A stretch of DNA of 64,000 nucleotides from Selaginella moellendorffii (GCF_000143415.4 NW_003314270.1:186001-250000); one strand, 5' to 3'; numbered from the stretch's first letter, positions 1 to 11,865 are shown. The notes: generated from the letters alone by a model not told the origin. Numbers and translations are program-made.

Positions 1-6
1 GGGACT

Positions 7-1236
7 TTGTCCAGCGTTTTCGTCTCCAACAGTCTGATGGATATGTATGCAAAGTGGGGGAGATTGCTGGATTGCCGGCGAGTTTTCGACGGGATGATAG
101 AGCGGGATTCAGTCTCCTGGAATGTTATGATCATGGGGTATGCAAAAGGTGGCGAGGCCGAGCGAGCTCTCGAGTTATTCACGGCCATGCAAGCGTTAGA
201 CGTGGTCATCAGCTCGAGAACTTTGGTGGCGGTTCTCCAGGCATGCTTGGATATGGCCGAGAAGGAAGAGGCTCGGCTTGTGGATGGAAGGCCCTTGAAA
301 GTGGCGTCGCTGGAGAAGGCATTGGCTTTTCATTCCTGGTTTCTCGACGGGCTGGAAGATGTTTACGCTGCAAATAACTTGATCAGTCTCTACGCTTGGT
401 GTGGAAGTTTGGATGATGCGGCTCGGGTCTTTGACAAGATGGTGATCAAAGACATCATGATCGAAGCATACACCGAGAGTGGCAACCATGAGCTTGCCCT
501 GCAGGAGTTTTCGAAAATGGGACTCCGAGGACTGAAACCGGACTCGCAGACTTTTGCATCGGTACTTAAGGCCTGTGGGGGTCTTGGAGCACTGCAGGCT
601 GGACAGAAAATCCATCGTCTGATCGAAGAAACTGGGGCAGAGATCTCTCCGGCAGTGGCAAACTCGCTGATAAGTTTCTACGGCAAGTGTGGTGACATGG
701 TGGAATCTCGGCGAGTGTTCGATGGGTTTCCAGACAAGGACGCAGTGTCTTGGAGTGCACTGATCGCAGGATACAGCCGTCAAGGGGACAGTGACACGGT
801 GTTTGATCTGTTCGAGAGAATGCAAGAGTTTTCCAAGCCGGACGCTGTGACATTCTCTTCAGTTCTATCGGTCTGCTGCCACTCTGGTTTGGTCGACAAG
901 GGGATGGAATACTTTCAGGCGATGTGCTCGGATTATGGACTTAGTCCGAGTGTGGAGCACGTAATCTCCATGGTTGATCTACTTGGACGTGCTAATCGGC
1001 TGGAGGATGCGCTTGCGATGGTGCAAAGCCTGCCTGTGGAAGAGGTGTGCTCCAGGATATGGATGGCTTTGCTTGGGGCTTGTTTCAAGTGGAAAAATGC
1101 GGTGATTGGAGAGGTAGCCTTTGATGCGTTATCAAAGGTTGACGATCAAGGTGGTACAGCTTATGCTCTCATGGCAAACATATACTCAGGCTCAAATAAT
1201 GAAAACTATGACAACCTTGAAGTGATTGGTACGTAA
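7..1236 (+). CDS. PLS-class pentatricopeptide repeat protein (E-type, no DYW), probably 5'-partial
   Basis: Repeated PLS motifs (SNSLMDMYAKWG, DSVSWNVMI, ANSLISFYGKCG, AVSWSALIAGY), plus MVDLLGRA...WMALLGAC and YALMANIY at the start of the E region. The ORF is open at the window edge and stops before the PG box/DYW domain. Confidence 0.9.
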   Translation: MSSVFVSNSLMDMYAKWGRLLDCRRVFDGMIERDSVSWNVMIMGYAKGGEAERALELFTAMQALDVVISSRTLVAVLQACLDMAEKEEARLVDGRPLKVASLEKALAFHSWFLDGLEDVYAANNLISLYAWCGSLDDAARVFDKMVIKDIMIEAYTESGNHELALQEFSKMGLRGLKPDSQTFASVLKACGGLGALQAGQKIHRLIEETGAEISPAVANSLISFYGKCGDMVESRRVFDGFPDKDAVSWSALIAGYSRQGDSDTVFDLFERMQEFSKPDAVTFSSVLSVCCHSGLVDKGMEYFQAMCSDYGLSPSVEHVISMVDLLGRANRLEDALAMVQSLPVEEVCSRIWMALLGACFKWKNAVIGEVAFDALSKVDDQGGTAYALMANIYSGSNNENYDNLEVIGT

Positions 1237-1303
1237 TGAAGTTTCTATGCCTTTGCAGTTATCTAACTCTTGTTGTTTTCTTTGCAGCTGGATCTTTGTG
1301 CTG

Positions 1304-2907
1304 TCACTTCAAGACATGAAGTGTGGACAGAGTTGGATCTGATGCTCCACTGATGGTAATTCCTGAAGCATGGGCTTGCTTCAAATAGCCAAGAGCCTCC
1401 TGCGAGACGAGCTCTCCACTCGAGGAAAGAGCACAGAAATACCAGGTGGATACGGGCACACGAGCTCAGCACTCGCTAGACCCACTGCTTCGTCAGCTTT
1501 GCAGCAGTAAGTTTCTGTAAAGAAAGCATCTCTTGGACTAACTAGTGCTTTCCATTTGATTTTCTTACAATCAGGCACTCAGGGTCTGGAATAAGGACCT
1601 ATTGTCGATCTGGAAGAACTCGAAAGCTCTTGAAAGCCTTTGATAAGTTTCTCAATGTCGCTGCTGCTAGTGCTGGCTCCTATAGCAAAAGTTATGGAGT
1701 TCAGAAGAGGAAGCTCGGCCACCACCTCGCATTTATCACACAGAAAGTCATCGGCAAGAGTTCCTGTGACTCCGAGCTCCCACAACCCAATGGTGATCCT
1801 AAGCTCATAAATAATGGTATCAGCTTTGGCTGCCAAGCTCACATTTTCTCTATCAAGGACTAAAACTTGTGGGATTTGTTTCAGGCGTCGTCGAAATGTG
1901 GAAGCCAGCTCCAGAGCTGTATCAAACAATGGATGGTCGTCGCTTGCTGCACAACTCATCTGGTCCCTTGCGGCATCGAGAGAGGCCAAGAGAAGGTAAC
2001 TCGGACTGAAGCTTTGCAAGGTTCGAAGGCACTTGCTAATTCTCTCGTGCTTTACAATCTCGCAGCCTCTCGCAAGATGGAGCATCCCGGACTGCGTAAG
2101 AGACGAGAGTACCTTATGCGTGGATTGGACAACAACGTCGGCTCCCTGCTCGAGTGCCGTTGCAGGAAACCTCGAGTGGAACATGAAGTGCGCTCCATGA
2201 GCCTCGTCAACTATGATCGGGATACCATGCTCGTGATACACCTTTGCGATCTCCTCCAGGGCTACACACTCCATAGTAAGTTGGCAAGACAATCAGAACA
2301 GCTCCAATTCTCACGTCTTTTCTTTTCTGCAGATCCAAAATGGCCAACTCGATGCTCTCTGCGGAGACACCACGAGAAATATTCCAGAGCTCGTCATAAC
2401 AAGGAAGAACATAGTGAGGCATTGCTCCAGCAAGAACCATGGCTGAGAATGCCGAGACGTGGGCGTTCCCGGGGAGGATCAAAACGTCTTCGGTCTTGCA
2501 GCAGCTCATGACCCCCGGTTGAATTCCACACGTAGAGCAAGAACCATGAGTACCCTTGGCGGCAGGAAGAGATCAGAGCGCTCAATTCCACTCCAGGCGA
2601 CGCTAATATCAGACTCCAGGGATCCATGTCATGCAGCTCCGAAAAGCACGGCGGCCATTTGCTGCGCTTTGGTGGCTTCTTGTGGCGAGTGCAAGTTATC
2701 CAGGCCTGGCAGCTCCGGGAGATCAAACTGGAAGGGTTGAGCTCCGAGAAGCTTGGAAATCGAAGAGGGCGCTGAGGAGCCGCGGCCGTGGCCTGGGAAG
2801 TGAAACGCAGCGACACGCTCCTCGCTGGTTCTCTTGGGAGCTTCTAGCAAAGGAGCTGAGAAAGAAGGGAGTAGTAACGGATTGAGCACCGTCGTCGGCA
2901 ACGCCAT
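1304..2907 (-). pseudogene. Orn/Lys/Arg decarboxylase (class I, PLP-dependent) pseudogene
   Basis: Motifs FHFPGH, DLPELPGLDNL, PTYYG, IVDEAHGAH, QSTHK (PLP lysine) and CPYPPG lie in different frames. In-frame TGA at 2629-2631 and 1579-1581; frameshifts near 2540, 2260 and 1420. The C-terminus GELVSQEALGYL...HVLK ends at 1304. Confidence 0.88.
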
Positions 2908-3025
2908 GACTCCTGAAAGGGAAAGAAGCACGAATACTTGATACACGATATTGTTTCAGGAATGCGAGATCCACAAGCTTTCATCGAAGTCTCAGACGTA
3001 AAAATTTTTACCTTTTATCCAGACC

Positions 3026-3185
3026 AAAATCGAACCCGAAACGTATGGTTTAATCTAGAATAATAACTTATTGAGCAAAAATTTTGCATAAAAGTCCTTG
3101 TAGAGTGGACTCTTTGGCATTAAACCAGGTAGTTTACCTCTTGATAGCCATGATCTCAGCATATCATACTATGTACTTGAACCAT
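3026..3185 (-). repeat. tRNA-like/SINE-like repeat, degraded copy A
   Basis: Collinear similarity to 4757-4936 (aatcgaaccc, ttttgcataaaagtccttgt, atatcatac, tacttgaaccat). Confidence 0.6.
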
Positions 3186-3877
3186 CAGTAAACTTTTGGC
3201 TTTGGGAATTTGCTATGAAGTACTCATAGAAAGATTCTTTTTAGCACCACAAGGTGGATTTTAAATTGGTGGGTTTCTCTATTAATCACAATGTTTTTTT
3301 CAATTCCTAAGGGAAAGCAAGCTAGATGGATTAGTCCAAGCCCCAGGACTTTGCAGGTTGCAAGCTCAATTATATTAACTCTTGATCCTCTATCGAGAAT
3401 TACTGAAATTGGGTTTATATATTAAGTTAAGGGGTTTTCATACACCTTCTATGGTTATATTTGAATGCACTTATATGTCTAAGATTTTTTTGGCTAACTA
3501 TGGAGCTAATTAGAGAATGCGGAAATATTAAAATATTCCCTAAGGATTCCCTTAAGGCATATTCTAGGGATGCTCAGTCAATCTATCCAGTTGTTTTAAC
3601 TAGATTTTAGCTCCTTGGTTTCTGGCCACTAGCGAGCAGGAGGAGCAAAAGGAGGATCTCCAGAGGAGTATCAGGAAAATGTTAGGCCAGGATATTCTTA
3701 GAGGAAAAGAACAGCACTCTAGCTAGAACAAATGGAGCAAGCAGCTATGGAAGCCCCAACAAACAATCACAATCACCTTACAGATTATATCGGGATTCTG
3801 CAGTAGGAACACCTAAAAGCGCTGTTGACTAATGCGCATGCCTAGTTGGCACGCTGGTGAAGCCATTCTTCTCCCAC

Positions 3878-3885
3878 TATATAAA
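3878..3885 (+). promoter_or_regulatory. TATA box of the small Cys-rich gene
   Basis: TATATAAA 50 nt upstream of the ATG at 3928. Confidence 0.6.
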
Positions 3886-3927
3886 CTGGGTAGTGTGCAT
3901 ATCGTCTCTGCGCTTGTTCCAAGCACT

Positions 3928-4185
3928 ATGAAGAATTCCAAGTGCGCTCTCCTCATCCTTGCTTCCCTTGTTCTTGCATCTTCAATCAAACAGGCTTCTT
4001 CTGCTGCTCCAGTAATCGATTGCCTCAACGTCATGCTTCCTGAAGCTTGCCTTGTTCCAATTCAAGGCGACAAGTGCTGCCAGCTCCTGATCGACATCGC
4101 TGAGACCTGCGGCTGCGAGCTCAACCTGTTCCAGAATCTCAAACTCACCTGCGACGATGAGCTGTGCCCCTCTCCAGCTCCATAA
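3928..4185 (+). CDS. Small secreted 8-cysteine-motif protein (nsLTP/prolamin-like), 85 aa
   Basis: Signal peptide MKNSKCALLILASLVLASS...; Cys pattern C-X8-C-X8-CC-X9-CXC-X11-C-X4-C; upstream TATA box. Confidence 0.8.
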   Translation: MKNSKCALLILASLVLASSIKQASSAAPVIDCLNVMLPEACLVPIQGDKCCQLLIDIAETCGCELNLFQNLKLTCDDELCPSPAP

Positions 4186-4756
4186 TAATCCTAATCCCGG
4201 AACAGTAGATTACACCTCAAGTTGAAGCATGATGTAAGGTCTTGTAATAAGAGATTCGCCCTGACCTGAGCTGTGTGTCCTCATGGTGCCGGCTGATTTT
4301 GAACTAGTGCATGCTGGAGAATTCTGCATTGCAGCCGTTTTCTTAGGTCCTCCAAGCTAGCACCAGCTAGCTGATAGAAGAAAATATTTCTACGCATTTC
4401 TTCTGCCTTGGAAATGTGACCATCTCATCTCTGGAGGAAAAAGAAACAAACAAAAAAAAGGCAGCATACCTCACTCTCCGGATTCGTGGAACCCCGTTGC
4501 TCATTTTCGAGAGGCCAGACAAAGTTCTCGACCGGGAGAAAACTTCGAATGCAGGGACACGAGGAGATAGATTTCGCGAGATCATCAAATAGATGTGGGA
4601 GTGAACAAGACCACGTCAGCGCGCAGGGCCACGACGCCGCCACAAGTTGTGACGATAAACTCATACATTTAACCATGTATCAACCGTCATAACAATAATA
4701 ACCACATGGTAAAGGAACTTATTGGAATATTCTTTGCTTTACAAGCAACATTGGCA

Positions 4757-4945
4757 AGAATCGAACCCAAAACGCATGCTCTGAGAAACAAGGGCTACTT
4801 AAAGAGCAAAGATTTTTGCATAAAAGTCCTTGTTTGATTGGACCCTTCGGCATCGAACCTGGGTCTTCTACACCGGTTTACCTTTACACTTACCTGGTAG
4901 CCAATAATAAAATATCATACCATCTACTTGAACCATATGGCATCC
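4757..4945 (-). repeat. tRNA-like/SINE-like repeat, copy B
   Basis: On the minus strand: an A-box-like TGGTTCAAGTAGATGGTATGAT and two B-box-like motifs, GGTTCGATGCC (4849-4859) and GGGTTCGATTC (4758-4768). Similar to 3026-3185. Confidence 0.55.
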
Positions 4946-6159
4946 ATGGCACTCTGATAAATCCCGGATCGACCCGCATTCTCGCTGCTCGAACTAAAAT
5001 CGGGGAAGGGCTTCTGCCAAGAACGAAACGCTGGTAGATGGATCGGGGTGGCGCTCCTCTTCCAAAATACTGGATCCGAGGATGATAGTGGGGCTCTGGG
5101 TGTGGGGAGTTCACTCGGTGGTGGATTAAACGATGGAGAAACCCCACTTGGCCAAGGAAGGAAAATTGACAGAAGTTTTGTTTGATATTTTCTCATTCAC
5201 TCGCTGTTTCTATGAATGAAGCAGGGAAGAGAACAACTGGTGGCTCATTCCCGTCGCTCTGCTCGTTTGTAAATGTACCCAGGCAAGGATTGTAGATTAG
5301 TAGATCTAGGAACGGACTGTGTCTATTGAAGACCTGGGAGCTTTGGAATGTGTCCTTTCCTCACTATATAGTACTTTTGCAGGATCATTATTTGTGATAA
5401 ATTATTATATTTTAGTAAAGTTTCAAGATTGTTAATAGTATTTTTGACACTCTCTTATACAATTTACCAACGAAATAGTTTTTGATTAATCCCACAGTCA
5501 GTTAAAAAACTAAAATCCATTGTGAACTAACATATAATTCACAAAAATTAAAATATAGTCAATGGTCTTATTTTTAGAATTTTAGAGCTTTGTTAACACC
5601 TTTATAAAGCTCTAAAATTAACAGTGTTAATGTAAATTTTTTAATGCAAAAGACATTATCACTGTGTTTTAGAAAGTTTATAAATTATAAACATGTTTAA
5701 AATTAATCTAATTCTATATAGTAGAATAAGTGTTTAGAAATTATAAACGCGTTCCCTGGCGGTATGGTCGCAGGACGATGGAACCGTTCGAGCTGTGGAT
5801 CGAGAAGCGCGGGGAGAAGCTACGGCGGGAGTACCGCGAGGATTGGACGAGAGCCTTGGATCCTGTGAGGTTTGCAACAAAACGCTGCAAAGTTGAGACT
5901 CCTTGACAGCGAAGTATAGTGAGAATATCAAAGCTGCGAGAAACAAAGATCAAAGCTAAGATCAAAGTGCGAAGATAAAAGAGAGACACTTTGAAAGGAG
6001 ATATTCGTTCTTCTGCCTCTTTTGTGATGCATAGCTAGCTCCTGGAATGCATGAAATTCCTTATCGGAGTGTCTCCTCCACCTTTTTCCTTCCCCCTATG
6101 AGCTTGGAGCTTGAAAGTCGGAGCTTTGAACATGGAGCTTGACTCGATCGATCCATGGT

Positions 6160-7096
6160 CTACATGATACAGCAGTTCGCGTTCTCGTTTGCTAGGCCCG
6201 GTGGCAAGGAGGCCAAGTTATCCGGTGAGAACCTGGGAAACAGGAGTTAAGAGAGGACGAAGAACACACACACGGACTTACATTTGCAAGCCAGGAGCGA
6301 GTTCTTCGATCATCTCCGCCGGGGGTTGTCCGCAGCTCTGCATGGATTGCATCAGCTCCATGATGGCATTGAAGTTGTCAGGGGTGGTCTCGTAGACGTG
6401 ACAGAGCTGCTTGATGAGATCGTGCTGCCTCGAGTATCGATCAAACTCCTCCTGGCTGAGTTTCGACTTGTTGGCGCTGAGCCACTCCGGGTATCTCTCG
6501 CCAATCTCCAGCATTGGCTGATAGAGCACGTCCTTCGAGAGGAGCTGCTGCATGAAAGTCCCCATCACGGATTGTAGATCCTGAAAGAAAAATAAAAACC
6601 TTGAGAATCGCAAGAACAACGAAGAACACGAGATCTTTCCTTTTTACCTCTGTTCCAAGGTAAGACTCAAATTCCTTGGTCATCTTCTCCAGGAGCTCTT
6701 GCTCTTGCTCTTGCGCCTGCGGCAATGGATCAATGCGGTGCACCGTGTCCTTGGTCTTCTCCGCGAGCTTCTCCAGCGTCGCGGCCCGCGAGCTCACATC
6801 TGGATTAGCGCTGGAGCTGCTGCTGGACGACGATCTCTTCTTCGCCACTTGCAGCGGCGGCAAGCCCTTCCCCAGCGCCTGCGACTCTGGCGATCTAACG
6901 ACCGATCAATCAAACCCCGGGGGAGGAGAGCCGCTTACTTACCTCGAAGATGGACCATCCGCCGGCTTGAAATCGCCCAGCGCACCTGGCAACACAAGAC
7001 AAGAAAGAAAACCCCATGAATCCAAGGAATTCGCCGTGCGCGCGCGCATCACTCACTGTCCAGGAGACTATCGAGAGAATCGTCCGCACTCGCCAT
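6160..7096 (-). CDS. PEX19: Peroxin 19 (peroxisomal membrane protein chaperone), multi-exon
   Basis: N-terminus MASADDSLDSLLDS/ALGDF; core MQQLLSKDVLYQPMLEIGERYPEWL...MQSCGQPP; C-terminal CaaX box CCIM-stop at 6160-6174. Confidence 0.93.
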
Positions 7097-7276
7097 GGCG
7101 GAAGAAGCAAAAACCCAGGCGCTCGGACGAGCCCTAAAACAGGGGAGGAACCCTACACCCTAACAGAATATGCTTTCATATCCTTCTTTTTTGCCCTAAT
7201 ATTTAGGGCCCACGTCACAGAGGGGTGCGCCCTTATAGAATCTTTTAAATTGGAAGAGGCGGGAAGAGGGAGGAGA

Positions 7277-7987
7277 ATGCGAATGCTTTTGGGCGTGTGT
7301 GGATGCAGCGATCAGGTCGATGAGCTCTCGGGAACTCGCTCGCCTATACAGTCCCGCAGGAAGATCCACCACACCCATCCACAGATCGTCCAAAAGGTAT
7401 CACTCTCCCATCAAATCTTCTTCCGTGTGATTCTTTCTTCATTCCTTCTTCCTCCTTTGCATTCTACAAATCTATGCATCGAAACCTTTCAAATCTTCTT
7501 CTTTCCTTTCATTCCAATCCAATTCCACTGACCCAAGCCTTTGAAAAGAAACTCTTCACTGCAGCTGGAGGACTTAAGCCACCACCAACGCTGCGAATCC
7601 AAGGCCACCAACACGGCGGCCACCAACGGATCATCGCTCCACACCAAGTACGATGAGATCAGCGCCAGCCTTGCCAAGTGCAAGGACGAGCTCCGCGAGC
7701 TCCAGCAAAAGTCTCTCAGCGTCACGCCCTCCCACCTCCGCCAAAAGTACGTGACCATGGGCGACGGCCTCAAGAGGATCAAGGAGGAGCTGCTAGCGCT
7801 CGAGAACGAAACCAAGTCGCTGGATCCGGAAAGCCAAAAGGCCAAGTACGAGGCTCTCCACATCCAGCTCGCCAAGAGCCGGAAAGAGATCGAGGACGAG
7901 TTGCAAAAGTGCTGGACGCAGCTCAAGCTCCACCACCTCGAGTCACAGTTTGCGAGCGCTACGTACGGTAAGGGAAGTTTGATGTGA
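7277..7987 (+). CDS. Putative coiled-coil protein (two exons, intron ~7397-7537)
   Basis: GC-rich 148-codon ORF with heptad-like helices. A phase-0 AAG|GT...AG intron joins an upstream exon starting at ATG 7277. The start codon is uncertain. Confidence 0.45.
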
Positions 7988-8075
7988 GCCTGCAACTACA
8001 AATGGTTTTTTTCTTCTCAAACATCTTGGAGCAATCCAAAGCCATACCTTTAGCGTACAAGCAATACCGAGAGAA

Positions 8076-10406
8076 CTAAAACCTTCGAATGTCCCTTGGA
8101 GGCCTGAAGTTGAGCGGATGCGTCTGAGGCGTGGCGTTCTCGTCTTGCCTCCACATTTTTATCGTCTTGTCAGCTTCGCAAGTTACAAGTCGGGTCCCGG
8201 TGATGTCGAAAGAAGCCGCAAAGATACTCGCTTCGGCATCCAGCGAACCTGCCATGAGCAAGAGTTACGCAACCTGGACCACTTCCCCACCAAAATGCGT
8301 ACCTGGCTGAACGATGGTTTGAGTTTGCTGGAAGTTATGGCCGCTCGTCCAATCCCAGAACCAGATGCTTCCATTATCACCTGATACAGCGCAAACGTTA
8401 GATGATTCGAAGCTACACTTGTCGATGCGTTGTTTTACCTCCTGTTACAAGCACGTTCTCTTCGTTCAAAGCCATGCAGTTAACGATAGCCTTTTGCTGT
8501 GAGCTGTGAGAAAACACACAAACCATGTCCAATTTTGACGTTTCGACGCTATCAAACAGAAAAGGAATTAACTTACAGCATGTTGTGCACAAACTCGCCC
8601 CTCGGCAAGCTGAACTTCTTAATATTGTCCGCTGAGGCAGATGCAAACGCGGGCCTGCAAGGCAAGTTAGTGAAACAAACATACTTAAGAAAAATCGAAC
8701 ATACTGTAGCGGATGCAAGGCCAGTGCGCGCACCGACTTTTTGTGAAATGTCAAAGTCGAGAGTGTCTTTCCTGCACACCAGAACAATCGTTATCAGTGA
8801 AACTACAAATTCAACTATTTAGGAGAACTTGCCCGCTGCTAGATTCCATAGCTTGACCGTGCAGTCGTGAGATCCAGTCACCACTTGTGGATCCTGCCAA
8901 AGTGTATGAGTCACGCACACAAACAAAATAATCCCTGTTTGAAAACTTACTGTGGCTTGTGTTATCACCGAGCATACAGTGTTGTCGTGCCCAGATAGAG
9001 CAAAAATTTGAGCTTTTGTCCGCATATCCCAGACCTGGAAAGCAGTTTGTGTGGATAAGAACAGGCACTCTTCATGAGTTAAAATCTTACTCGACAGACG
9101 GAATCCCTTCCTCCTGTTAAGAGTATATCCAGAGTAGGATGAAGCGTAAGACAGTAAACTCCACTTAAGTGCCCATGGTAGGATCGGATAACCTGCCCCA
9201 AACATGCATGAGTTTTAAATTAAGAGCAGACGCATTCCTCACCTTGTTGTATTCGAGATCCCAACATTTCACTTGCTTGTCGTCTCCAGCCGAAAACATG
9301 TAAGGATGGCGTGGACTAACAGCCAGCCCTTTTTCAAACAAATATACAAGAAACATTTAAGACTAAATCCAAACTTCAAATGTAGAATGCAAACCTCGAA
9401 CTTGCTCAACATGTCCTGTTAACGTCAACTTCAGGGTAGCTGAGGCAGTATCCCAAATCTAAAAACGAACACAACGGTCAGAACGAAGTAGCGGCATAAA
9501 AATGAAGGGAAAAAAAAAAAAAAACAAAGCTTACTTTTATTGTACGATCTGCAGATCCCGTACAGAACCACTCGTTTCCTGGATCGAAGGCTATCGCTCG
9601 AACCCATCCCAAGTGAGCACTAATAACCTGTGAAGTTGCAATAAGATCAATACACAGTACTCGTGAAAAAATGTGAAGTCTCACTCTATAGTTCTTCCAT
9701 GGAGCATGCCACTCCGGCTTCGGCCACCTACTGGGAAGCCTTCGCATTACAGCCGCACTCGGTTGGTATCTCGCTATACCACTAGACAATGGAAAAATCT
9801 GTTAAAACCGGAAACATATGAGCGTGAGTCGCTACATACCTTTCTGGTGTTCCGGAAGGAGTAAACGCAGGCTGAGGACCGACAGGGCCCGCACGAACAA
9901 TCTGACCGGGTGAAGCATCTGGCAAAGCCGCAGGCTTCACATCTGTAGCGGCAGTCACAGCAGCATTCGTTAATGCGTACGCGTTTTTCAGAGGCTGCTG
10001 TGTGATTTGTGGGAGATCTTTCACCACAGCATACTCCGCGTGCTGAAAGGCACAAGGGAAAAAAAAGAAGAGGAAAAATTAATGTAAGCATGCGCTAGAA
10101 TGAGAAGAACAAAAGGAGTACGAAGTTCCTTACAAAATCATTCTCAAAAGGGCACACACCTTATAAGCAGTCCTGATTCTCCGGCTGCCAAAGAAAGACG
10201 CCATCAGCTCTTTGGTTCGCTACATCGCTACTAAAGAGATCTCACCTCTCGGCGCCTACCGGATCTGGAGGAGCGTTGCCGAAGAACTCCGCGGCTTGCT
10301 GCAGCGACGAAAGCGTGAGCTGCTCGATCGATTGCGGCTTCTCTGACGGCACCAAGGGCGCCTCATCGACGTCCATCGCCTGCGTCGCCTCCATTGCCGC
10401 GGGCAT
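8076..10406 (-). CDS. PRL1: WD40 spliceosomal NTC protein PRL1/PLRG1 (Prp46), multi-exon
   Basis: [89 protein letters not shown]; C-terminus [10 protein letters not shown]. Confidence 0.95.
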
Positions 10407-10590
10407 ACTCTCTAAAACCCTAGCCAAAAAGCCCTAAATTCGCAAAGCCACCAAAGAATATACCCAGCTATAAATACCAACATGTTTTAACAAAAAAAAG
10501 TGTTATAGAGCATTTCCAAACACACAGTGAGATAGTGAGATAATGAGAGAAAGGAGAGGCATAGCAATCATAAAATGAGTCCACTAATGC

Positions 10591-11865
10591 CTACCTCTCC
10601 CAGTGCTTGTTCCCTGCAGCTAAGTCATGGTGGAGGCCACCGATGGTCGATCCACAGTCAGGGCACCGCGACTCCGTATATGGTCGACCGCAATCTCCCA
10701 CAGCGTAGACATGGCCCTCTGGGCACTGGTACCATTGGCCTCTGAGATTGGATTCAGCCGTGTGCATGGCTTCCATTACCTGGTGAGTTAGTCGCTTTCG
10801 CACCATCTCTTTCAAGCTCTCGGCGCTAGCGTTGTTCTTGTCATGCCTGAGAACAATCTCACACAGAGTCGCAGCGTCGGAGAACTCGCCCAGGCTTGTC
10901 AGTGCCGATCCCCACTGGATGAGCGATTGGATCGCGAGAGACTGACTTGGGGCGGAGATGAAGTTCGGGTTTAAGCTGCTGGAGTCGAGCGGATTATCAG
11001 CGCGTTTGGCTGGCAAACTTCGAACTTCGGTGCCCAGGCTGCTACTCTCCTGCTATAAACCGGGACGGCGTGCTCGAATTCTTCCATCCCGCACAGTGCT
11101 CGAGCGAATCCGAAGTGTGCTTCAAAGTTCTCCGGCTGGTTTTTTATGACCTCTTTGAAATGTCCGTGTGCTTGCTCGTATTGTTTCCTCTCTAGCATTT
11201 CCATCCCTGCTTTTACGTATCCATAGACTTTCATCTTGACGAGCTCTATCTGATGCAGCTTTTCCTTCATAACGTTTCCGTAGCGAAAGGACTTCCAGAC
11301 TGGCATCTTGCATGCCGGACTGCAAGAAAGAAAGCAAAAACAGGTCAAATCAGGAACGATGCTTGAGTTACCAGGATTTCGGGACGATTGCTTTGGCAGA
11401 ATCTGGCTCACCGTGAGCGTCCATATCCATCCACTGGTCAAGCCCCGTTACCTCGAAGATGTGGCCGCAGTCGAGAAGCTCGATGAATCTGTCGGAGCTC
11501 TCGCTCTCCTTCAGAGTCATGCGTGTGATTGCATCGAAAGTATCCGGATGGCAAATGCGGCAGGCACTTGGGCAAGGCTCTCCACACAGGCCAATGCAGG
11601 GATGCCCACAACCGAGCAGCTTCGTGCACGGGCTGTCACAGCGTGGCCTCTAGCAGATCTGGAAGCAGAGAAGCTTGCAGCTGAAATGCTCACAGTTCCA
11701 GGAGCAAGGCTCGAGGCAGGGCTTGCATAGAGCTCTACAGACGTCTGCTGTGAAAGCAGCGCTTCTCACAAGGCTGTGAGCAAGGTGGGCATGAATTAAA
11801 TAAAGCGCAGCTCTCAGCCTCGGCGTTGCAGTGGTGCGCGCAAAAGAGATATCTTTTGCACTGCG
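10591..11865 (-). pseudogene. ZNFX1-like C-terminal fragment (NFX1-type zinc fingers, RING-like, TPR, RZ-type zinc finger)
   Basis: CPPCSQPCE...CEHFSCKLLC...CGHPCIGLCGEPCP, CGHIFEVTGLDQWMD, CPACK...RYGN, a TPR-like helix pair, and GQWYQCPEGHVYAVGDCG...CPDCGSTIGG. Stops at 11735-11737 and 11650-11652, plus frameshifts. No helicase part fits before the GDSL gene. Confidence 0.75.

Noticed and set aside
1579-1581. In-frame TGA as programmed readthrough or selenocysteine
   Set aside because: The same gene also has several frameshifts, so ordinary pseudogenisation explains it.
3190-3410. Possible Gypsy RNase H remnant (GKQARWI-like)
   Set aside because: Too short and degraded to call confidently.
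4836-4945. Functional tRNA gene
   Set aside because: The acceptor stem pairs poorly and no clean anticodon arm is evident, so it is treated as a tRNA-derived repeat.
7541-7987. Occludin/ELL-like domain assignment
   Set aside because: Only generic coiled-coil resemblance; cannot be supported without an HMM search.
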